Origin: Minisyncoccia bacterium
GTDB lineage: Bacteria > Patescibacteriota > Minisyncoccia > SW-4-49-11
DNA length: 64,000 bases
Reading direction: 5' to 3'
NCBI GenBank assembly: GCA_044356725.1
Contig: JBIKVS010000004.1
Span: 33,351 to 97,350 of the forward strand
Part shown: positions 56,708 through 64,000 of the stretch, in pieces
Layout of the letters: each line of letters opens with the position of its first letter
Numbering within the stretch: position 1 is the stretch's first letter
Position numbers and translations under genes: made by a program
The notes under the pieces: generated by a model
What the model was told of the DNA's origin: nothing
What the model saw: the letters and a program-made list of their open reading frames with translations, nothing else
The model's database searches: none

Positions 56708-58237
56708 ATGTATATTTATCCTGACCCAAAAACTAATAATCCAACGCAAAGATTTTGGCAAAGATTTTTTGAAATGTTACCAGCTATTCTAGCTTGGGGA
56801 ACATTTATAGCTTTGATTGGACTATCTTTTGTGCTACCTTTTCAAGTAGCTCTATTTGTGTTGATTTTTGATTTATATTGGCTGTTTAAAGCTGTATATT
56901 TAAGTGTACATTTAATTGTAGCCTATAGACAAATGAAAAGAGATATTCAGCTTGATTGGTTAGATAAGGCAAAGTCTCTCAAGGACTTTGATGAGATTAA
57001 TCATATCGTGATGTTCTTGACTTATGATGAGTCTCCAGAGGTCCTAGCTCAAAGTGTTGAATCATTAGCTAAAATGGAATATCCTCTAGACAAGGTGCTT
57101 GTGGTGGTAGCTACAGAAGAGAGAGAAGGCAAAGCTAGAGAGAAAAAAGAAAAATATTTAATTAAAAAGTTTAAAGGAACATTCAGAGATTTTATTGTAA
57201 CTACTCATCCAGATGGCATTGAAGGTGAGATGAAAGCTAAAGGAGCTAATGCAACTTATGCTGCTAAACAGATGAAGGAGTATTTGGGTCAGAAAAATAT
57301 AGACCTAGACCGTACAGTTATCTCTGTTTTTGATAGTGATACTGTTGCTCATCCAAAATATTTTGCGGCTTTGACTTATCAATTCTTGACTGCAAAAAAT
57401 CCTCATAAGCATAGTTATCAGCCATTACCAATGTATCATAATAATATCTGGGATGCCCCTGCCTTTACTAGAGTGGTGGCAATTAGTTCTAGTTTTTGGC
57501 ATATGATGGAATCAGTGAGATTTGATAGAATGGTAACATTTTCTAGTCACTCTATGAGCTTCAAAACTTTAGTAAAAGTGAACTATTGGCCAGTTAATAT
57601 GGTCTCAGATGACTCAGTGATTTATTGGAAATGTGTTAATTATTATAATGGAGACTATAGTGTAATCCCAATTCATATTCCTGTCTCTCTAGATGCAGTG
57701 CAGGCTCATAATCCAATACAGGCTTTCAAAAATCAATATTTTCAAATGCGTAGATGGGCTTATGGTATTGAAAATTTAGCTACGACTATGAGGTCTTATG
57801 CTATTAATTCCAAAGCACCTCTGGGCGACAGAATTCGTAGAATTGGGAATATGATAGAGGGACATTATACTTGGGCAACCTCCGCCTTTATTCTGGCTAT
57901 ATTTATTTGGTTCCCAATTTGGTTTGGGGGAGATGCTTTTAAAGCCACAGTCTTTTCTAATAATTTACCTCAATACGCTAGTATAATTATGAATATAACT
58001 TTATTAGGATTAATAATTACGGCTTATATTAATATTTTATTACTTCCGCCAAAGCCAAAGAGATATTCTGCTTGGCGAACTATTATGATGTATCTACAGT
58101 GGATATTTATTCCAGTAGTAGCTTTAGCTTTGGGAGCATTGCCAGCCTTAGAGGCTCAAACAAGGTTGTTCTTCGGTAAATATTTAGGATTCTGGGTCAC
58201 TCCAAAGGTGCGTACTGATATTAAGTCTAAAAAATAG
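56708..58237 (+). CDS. Membrane-bound GT2-family glycosyltransferase
   Basis: Y.E, KG.N, FDSD, SDD, Q.RRW motifs flanked by TM segments. Confidence 0.85.
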   Translation: MYIYPDPKTNNPTQRFWQRFFEMLPAILAWGTFIALIGLSFVLPFQVALFVLIFDLYWLFKAVYLSVHLIVAYRQMKRDIQLDWLDKAKSLKDFDEINHIVMFLTYDESPEVLAQSVESLAKMEYPLDKVLVVVATEEREGKAREKKEKYLIKKFKGTFRDFIVTTHPDGIEGEMKAKGANATYAAKQMKEYLGQKNIDLDRTVISVFDSDTVAHPKYFAALTYQFLTAKNPHKHSYQPLPMYHNNIWDAPAFTRVVAISSSFWHMMESVRFDRMVTFSSHSMSFKTLVKVNYWPVNMVSDDSVIYWKCVNYYNGDYSVIPIHIPVSLDAVQAHNPIQAFKNQYFQMRRWAYGIENLATTMRSYAINSKAPLGDRIRRIGNMIEGHYTWATSAFILAIFIWFPIWFGGDAFKATVFSNNLPQYASIIMNITLLGLIITAYINILLLPPKPKRYSAWRTIMMYLQWIFIPVVALALGALPALEAQTRLFFGKYLGFWVTPKVRTDIKSKK

Positions 58238-58240
58238 TTT

Positions 58241-61084
58241 ATGAATGAAATTAGGATAAAAGGAGCTAGAGTACATAATCTAAAGAATATAGACATTACT
58301 ATTCCAAGAGATAAGCTTGTAGTTATCACAGGTCTATCTGGTTCTGGTAAATCCTCGCTTGCCTTTGATACTATTTATGCAGAGGGTCAGAGACGATATG
58401 TAGAAAGTTTATCAGCCTATGCTAGGCAGTTTTTAGGTATGATGGACAAGCCTGACGTTGATGTGATAGAAGGTTTGTCTCCCGCTATTTCTATTGACCA
58501 GAAAAGTGTTTCTCGCAACCCACGATCTACTGTAGGTACGGTGACCGAGATTTATGATTATTTAAGACTATTATATGCTCGAGTTGGTATACCATTTAAT
58601 CCAGACACAGGAGAATTAATCCGAATGCAAGATGCCAAGCAAATGGCAGATACTATTGCTAAATATAAAGATAAGCAAATTATAATTTTAGCTCCAGTAA
58701 TTCGGGATAAAAAAGGAGAACATAAAGGTATTTTACAAAAAGCTTTTCAAGATGGATTTATGCGAGTTAGAGTAGATGGAATAATTTATCTAACAGAAGA
58801 AGCTTTAGAATTAAATCTAGATAAACAAAAAAAACACTCTATTGAATTAGTGATAGATAGACTTTTGGAACCATCTGGATTTGAAGGAGCTAGAGTTTTA
58901 GACTCAGTAGAAATAGCCCTTAGATTAGGGGAGGGAATGCTTATAGTATCCGAAATTCTGGATAGGAATAAAAATCTATATCACGATGAGTTGATGAGTG
59001 AGAAATATATTATGGACTCAGGCGAGAGTTTTGGTGAATTAGAGACTAGAAATTTTTCTTTTAATAGTCCGCATGGAGCTTGTAATACTTGTGATGGTCT
59101 AGGATATACTCCAGAAATTTCACCAGACTTAGTGATCCCAAATCCTAGGCTAACTATTAATCAAGGAGCTATCAAGCCTTGGGGAGTTGGTAAACAAAAA
59201 GGAGCTTTTGGTTGGTATATGAAAGTTTTGGAAACTGTGGCTGAGATGAGAGGTATTAGTTTGACAATACCAGTCCAAGACCTTAAGCCAGAAGATTTAA
59301 ACTTTGTATTATACGGATCTGAGACTCCAATGAAAGTGCCAATTAGGTCAGGATCTCATACCGTAGAAGCGACTTATGAAGGAGTTATTCCTAATTTATT
59401 AAGAAGATATCAAGAAACTGATTCAGAATTTATTAGAGCTGAGATTGAGAAATATATGCTCAATACAATTTGTCCTACCTGTAATGGAAAGAGGCTTAAA
59501 AAACAATTTTTAGCTGTACAAGTAGCCCATAAAACTATTGACCAGATAGTCAATATGAGTATTGATGAATTATCTGCTTATGTTGATAAAGTGCAAAATA
59601 ATAGAGAGTACTTTAATGAAAGAGATATTGCCATTAGTACCCCAATTTTTAAAGAAATTCAATCAAGATTAAAGTTTTTACTCAATGTAGGATTGGATTA
59701 TCTCACCCTAGATAGGTCTAGTAATACACTTTCCGGAGGAGAAGCACAACGAATTCGTTTAGCTACGCAAATAGGTTCAGGTTTGATGGGAGTTTTGTAT
59801 ATTCTAGATGAACCATCCATTGGACTACATCAGCGAGATAATAATCGTTTAATCCAGACTTTACAGCATCTAAGAGACTTAGGAAATACAGTAATTGTAG
59901 TAGAGCATGACGAAGACACAATTAGGGCATCAGATTATGTAATAGATGTTGGTCCAGGAGCTGGAGCGGCCGGAGGTAGAATTATTGCTCAGGGTCATCC
60001 CGATGATTTTATAAATCAAGAAGGGATAACAGCAGAATATTTATCAGGTAGAAGAGCAATAGCTCCTCCTAAAAAATACCGTAAAGGCAATGATCAAGAA
60101 ATTTTGATCAAAGGGGCAGCTGAGAATAATCTTAAGAATATTGATGTATCTATCCCACTAGGTAAAATGGTATGTATCACAGGTGTATCTGGTTCAGGTA
60201 AAAGTACTTTGATACAGGATATTCTATATAAACACATTGCTCATACTCGATATGGGGCTAAAGATTTACCAGGTAAATTCAAAGATATTACAGGCCTTGA
60301 GAATATAGATAAGATGGTTAACATAGACCAGTCCCCAATTGGTAGAACTCCAAGGTCTAATCCGGCCACCTATACTGGATTATTCACTATTGTTAGAGAT
60401 TTATTTGCTAAGACACCAGAGGCTCAACTCAAGGGTTATCAGACAGGAAGATTTAGTTTTAATGTTAAAGGGGGAAGATGTGAAACTTGTAAAGGAGATG
60501 GAGTGCTCAAGATTGAGATGAATTTCTTACCAGATATTTATGTAGATTGTGAAGATTGTCATGGTAAAAGATATAACAAAGAAGTCTTACAAATTTTATA
60601 TAAAGATAAGAGTATAGCCGATGTTTTGGATATGGATGTCGAGACAGCCTTAGAATTCTTTAAATCTATTCCTAGTCTAAAAGACAAATTAGCTACACTT
60701 TATGATGTCGGACTCGGGTATATGAAATTAGGACAACCAGCACCACATTTATCTGGAGGAGAAGCCCAGAGAATTAAATTGGCAACCGAATTATCCAAAA
60801 GAGCCACTGGTAAGACTTTGTATATTTTAGATGAGCCTACTACGGGACTACACTTTGAAGATGTCGCCAAATTATTAAGAGTGCTAAATCAATTAGCAGA
60901 TAAGGGGAATACTATTCTCATAATTGAACATAACTTAGATATTATTAAAAGTTCTGATCATATCATAGACATCGGACCTGAAGGGGGAGCGAAAGGGGGA
61001 ATGGTAGTTGCAGCTGGTACGCCAAAAGAAATTGCGAAGAATACAAAGAGCCATACTGGTAAATACCTCAAGCCACTTTTATAA
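58241..61084 (+). CDS. uvrA: Excinuclease ABC subunit A
   Basis: [33 protein letters not shown], two LSGGEAQRI motifs. Confidence 0.98.
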   Translation: MNEIRIKGARVHNLKNIDITIPRDKLVVITGLSGSGKSSLAFDTIYAEGQRRYVESLSAYARQFLGMMDKPDVDVIEGLSPAISIDQKSVSRNPRSTVGTVTEIYDYLRLLYARVGIPFNPDTGELIRMQDAKQMADTIAKYKDKQIIILAPVIRDKKGEHKGILQKAFQDGFMRVRVDGIIYLTEEALELNLDKQKKHSIELVIDRLLEPSGFEGARVLDSVEIALRLGEGMLIVSEILDRNKNLYHDELMSEKYIMDSGESFGELETRNFSFNSPHGACNTCDGLGYTPEISPDLVIPNPRLTINQGAIKPWGVGKQKGAFGWYMKVLETVAEMRGISLTIPVQDLKPEDLNFVLYGSETPMKVPIRSGSHTVEATYEGVIPNLLRRYQETDSEFIRAEIEKYMLNTICPTCNGKRLKKQFLAVQVAHKTIDQIVNMSIDELSAYVDKVQNNREYFNERDIAISTPIFKEIQSRLKFLLNVGLDYLTLDRSSNTLSGGEAQRIRLATQIGSGLMGVLYILDEPSIGLHQRDNNRLIQTLQHLRDLGNTVIVVEHDEDTIRASDYVIDVGPGAGAAGGRIIAQGHPDDFINQEGITAEYLSGRRAIAPPKKYRKGNDQEILIKGAAENNLKNIDVSIPLGKMVCITGVSGSGKSTLIQDILYKHIAHTRYGAKDLPGKFKDITGLENIDKMVNIDQSPIGRTPRSNPATYTGLFTIVRDLFAKTPEAQLKGYQTGRFSFNVKGGRCETCKGDGVLKIEMNFLPDIYVDCEDCHGKRYNKEVLQILYKDKSIADVLDMDVETALEFFKSIPSLKDKLATLYDVGLGYMKLGQPAPHLSGGEAQRIKLATELSKRATGKTLYILDEPTTGLHFEDVAKLLRVLNQLADKGNTILIIEHNLDIIKSSDHIIDIGPEGGAKGGMVVAAGTPKEIAKNTKSHTGKYLKPLL

Positions 61085-61120
61085 ATGTGCTATAATAGAG
61101 ATAATTAAAATCGATTAAGT

Positions 61121-62008
61121 ATGCATCCATTACTTTATACTTTGGCATATGCAAACTCTCAAAAGAGATTATTGACCTTAGAGGAAATATATAGATATCA
61201 AATTGGAAGTACCTATTCACTATCAGAATTGGCTTTAGAAATAGCCAAAACTCCTCAAATTAGGACAGAAAATGGATTATATGGACTGGATATAGATTTT
61301 GTAGAATTGATAAATTTAAGACAAGAAAAAGGCCGTGAAAGCATTAGACGATATAGAAGAGTTATCAAATATGCCAGACTTTTAATAAGTATTCCATATA
61401 TTAAAGGGATATTTTTAGCAGGATCCTCTAGCTTTAGTACAGGTAATGCCAAGAAAAGTAGCGACATAGATATATTTATAGTAACTGACCCTAATCGTAT
61501 GTGGTTTGCTAGATTTTGCTTAACTATAATAACTCAAATTTTAGGTATTAGACGAGTAGGAGAGCTAGAAGAGAATAGATTTTGTTTGAATCATTATATT
61601 ACCGCCAATAATCTAGAGCGACAAGACCACACTCTATATGCAGCTCAACTATACTCAGACTATATTGCTATTGGAGCTGATTCACAAGTATTATTACAAA
61701 AATTTTGGCAAGCTAATCCTTGGAGAGAAGACTATCTCAGGCAGGCAGTATCTAGAGAATATCCAATTTTAAGTCAGCTAAAACCATATCCAATTAAGTA
61801 CTGGGTAGAAAAGTTTTTTAATCATTTTTCAATAGATTTCTGGAATTCTCTAGCCAAAATTATACAAAGGCAAAAAATTAATTCTAATGCAATTCAATCC
61901 AATTCTCATAATAGAATACAAGTAGATGATCAGGAATTAGAGTTTCACCCTGAGCCAAATAGTATTAAAGCCGACAAAATAATGCAGCAAGTATTGCAAA
62001 ATTTATGA
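61121..62008 (+). CDS. Pol-beta-like nucleotidyltransferase domain protein
   Basis: IPYIKGIFLAGS......SDIDIFIVT...RMWFAR, FCLNHY. Confidence 0.75.
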   Translation: MHPLLYTLAYANSQKRLLTLEEIYRYQIGSTYSLSELALEIAKTPQIRTENGLYGLDIDFVELINLRQEKGRESIRRYRRVIKYARLLISIPYIKGIFLAGSSSFSTGNAKKSSDIDIFIVTDPNRMWFARFCLTIITQILGIRRVGELEENRFCLNHYITANNLERQDHTLYAAQLYSDYIAIGADSQVLLQKFWQANPWREDYLRQAVSREYPILSQLKPYPIKYWVEKFFNHFSIDFWNSLAKIIQRQKINSNAIQSNSHNRIQVDDQELEFHPEPNSIKADKIMQQVLQNL

Positions 62009-62688
62009 TAGGTTTTTATGATAGCGGGATGGGAGGTCAGAGAATAGCCGACATGTTTGAGGAATCCTCAGACATCCCATATATTTGCTATCAAGACCGA
62101 GAATCTTTACCATTAGGAGATAAAACTACAGAACAGATTAGAGAAATAGTCATAGCTGGAGTTGAAAAATTATTTAATCAAGGTTGTAATCTAGTTATTT
62201 TAGCCTGTAATACCGCTTCAGTAACTACAATAAGGTATATACAATCTACTTGGCTCCCGCAAAATTACCCAAACAGACAAGTTCTAGGTGTGACAGTTCC
62301 CTTGATAGAATATTTAGATAATTTTACAGGATTAAAAATCAAAAAAGGTCTATTATTAGCCACACAAGCCACTATACAGACAGGGTTTTATCAAGAATAT
62401 TTAGCAGAGGCAGGGTATAATATAGACTATTTAGCTTGCCCAAATTTAGCTCAGGCAATAGAGCAGGATATATCTAAGCAAGACAATAATTATACTGAAT
62501 CAGTCAGAATATTACAAAACTTATCAGAAAACATTATAAATAAACCAGATTATATAGTTCTTGCCTGCACCCATTATGGTTATATAGCCACACAAATTCA
62601 AAATGTTTTTGAGGTTACTCAAATTATAGACCCTAGCCAGTACATAGCCAATAGAGTGCTAGATTATATACAAAGACATAAAATTTAA
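62005..62688 (+). CDS. murI: Glutamate racemase
   Basis: GFYDSGMGG, P.G.K, LACNTAS, LACTHY. Confidence 0.93.
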   Translation: MIGFYDSGMGGQRIADMFEESSDIPYICYQDRESLPLGDKTTEQIREIVIAGVEKLFNQGCNLVILACNTASVTTIRYIQSTWLPQNYPNRQVLGVTVPLIEYLDNFTGLKIKKGLLLATQATIQTGFYQEYLAEAGYNIDYLACPNLAQAIEQDISKQDNNYTESVRILQNLSENIINKPDYIVLACTHYGYIATQIQNVFEVTQIIDPSQYIANRVLDYIQRHKI

Positions 62689-62733
62689 TGTTGAGTTGTG
62701 AATGGTTAGTTATAAAATCAGAGTATTTTTAAT

Positions 62734-62994
62734 TGTCCTCCCTTGGGGGAGGTGGCACGAAGTTAGACTGTAAGTCTGTGAAAGGGGTCGGGAAAACGGG
62801 AGTTTTCCCGTGGAGGAAGGCAACGAGGTCAAAGACCGAGTGTTGGAAACCGTGGGTTTTCAAGGAGCAAATCCCATTTGCGACAGCGGAGAGAGGACTT
62901 AGCTAAATTTATATTTTAGTAGAGTCGGTAACCTTTGAGTTTAACCGTCATTATTCAAAAACACGAAATACAGGCGACATAAGGTCGCCCCTAC
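62734..62994. repeat. REP-like repeat with structured insert, followed by GTAG-type REP
   Basis: 62734-62897; ggcgacataaggtcgcccctac at 62973-62994. Confidence 0.8.
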
Positions 62995-63064
62995 GATAAG
63001 GTTAAACTTACCTTTTACTACTTTTATAAAATTTTCAACCCCATCTCCAAAATTTGAAGTGGGG

Positions 63065-63268
63065 TTAATATTGGCCTAAAATACTCAGTAAAGTGTCTAA
63101 TTTATCTTCCAGTAAATTTCTTTCATTTATACTTTTATCAGCTATTTCATTCTGAATATTTACTATCTTTTGTCTTAATTCTTCCTTAGACTTTTTATAA
63201 GGGTTATTTATAATCTCATTTATACCTTCTAATGTTGATGAATACACAGTATTTTCTATAAAGGTCAA
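63065..63268 (-). CDS. Small orphan coiled-coil protein
   Basis: TTGACA..TATTGT promoter at about 63299; hairpin at about 63038-63065. Confidence 0.5.
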   Translation of the reverse strand: MTFIENTVYSSTLEGINEIINNPYKKSKEELRQKIVNIQNEIADKSINERNLLEDKLDTLLSILGQY

Positions 63269-63362
63269 TTTACAATACCTAAAATTTAGACTTTTGTCAA
63301 ATTAGGGTTTACAAAAATATATATTTATGATATAAATATGTTGACCACTGTTGTCAAAACCC

Positions 63363-63548
63363 ATGCAAGAAAATGATCTAAGAGAATCAATTAGTTCGCC
63401 TATTCAAAAAAGAAACAAGTTAGGACATGTGATTTTAGCATTGTGCCCTATCTATCTAATAGCGTACAGTCCCAATATCAAATTTTCTAATATAATATAT
63501 ATATTACAGAACGAAGTACTATATGCATTAAATAAAATAAGATCATAA
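63363..63548 (+). CDS. Small orphan protein
   Basis: TTTACA..TGATATAAA promoter; GC hairpin at about 63566-63590. Confidence 0.45.
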   Translation: MQENDLRESISSPIQKRNKLGHVILALCPIYLIAYSPNIKFSNIIYILQNEVLYALNKIRS

Positions 63549-63656
63549 TCTATCAAATCACTACAGTCCCCGCAGGTCAACTTCGGGGGCTTTAAATACA
63601 TACTATTGACAAAATTTTTGGTTGTGGTAGAATAATTTTTGGTATACTCTAGAAAA

Positions 63657-63830
63657 ATGGAAGCAACTAGGTTGATGATTCCAAACTCAAACAGAAATAT
63701 TATGTCTGAAATAATCAGAGTACGGTATATAGTAGATACCATAGAGGGGAAAAAAAATATATCTTTGTGTGAGAAGAGAACTCTAGCTCACTGTAAGAAG
63801 AAGCTTCTACGACTTCAATCTCTAATCTGA
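63657..63830 (+). CDS. Small orphan protein
   Basis: TTGACA..TGGTAGAAT promoter at 63606-63633; hairpin aatctgacca-cctcg-tggtcagatt followed by a T run. Confidence 0.45.
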   Translation: MEATRLMIPNSNRNIMSEIIRVRYIVDTIEGKKNISLCEKRTLAHCKKKLLRLQSLI

Positions 63831-64000
63831 CCACCTCGTGGTCAGATTTTTTCTATCTAAAACTTGGCAAAACAAAAAAACTATGTTATATAAAATATGT
63901 ACCTGTCTAGGATGAAACACATCGTGGAAAGAGAGAAGAGGGAGGATAAATAGGAAGAGGAGCCGTAAGGCTCCTCTTCCTATGGGGAATAAGATATAAT

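Noticed and set aside
7245-61467. Many short ORFs overlapping core genes (e.g. 7245-7427, 9702-10082, 21588-21782, 54896-55207, 61255-61467)
   Set aside because: Antisense or off-frame shadows of well-supported genes.
63452-63742. 96-aa minus-strand ORF
   Set aside because: Crosses a terminator and a promoter of two + strand units. It is less supported than those units but not strictly excluded.
1-64000. Alternative genetic code (UGA as Gly or Trp)
   Set aside because: Core genes translate full-length in code 11, and dnaJ ends at TGA at its expected length.

Overview
AT-rich bacterial chromosome segment in genetic code 11. The gene repertoire and housekeeping genes with few Shine-Dalgarno (SD) sites suggest a Patescibacteria/CPR-type organism (inference). 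The left end looks like the replication origin: paired DnaA boxes between divergent genes, two perfect parS palindromes, and more DnaA boxes inside coding sequence. Core genes: yvcK, YraN, cfa, mutS-mutL, CIRCE-dnaJ, nrdR, rpsO-pnp, infA-rpmJ-rpsM-rpsK-rpsD-rpoA-rplQ-rplM-rpsI, RNase HI, a split suf operon, zwf, ruvC, yebC, polA, efp, xseA, uvrA, murI and five tRNAs. The most unusual elements are: (1) self-contained orphan mini-gene units (promoter, often a hairpin-occluded SD, small ORF, GC-rich terminator), many beside GTAG-type REPs, including a tandem pair whose leaders and terminators are nearly identical while their ORFs are highly divergent; (2) a four-ligase, two-peptidase ATP-grasp cluster resembling a peptide-tag writer/eraser system; (3) a structured mini-element bounded by a 23-bp duplication of the tRNA-Leu 3' end; (4) nested modular palindromic repeats; (5) a hairpin-filled 500-bp intergenic region. 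All calls come from reading the sequence by eye; no searches were run.
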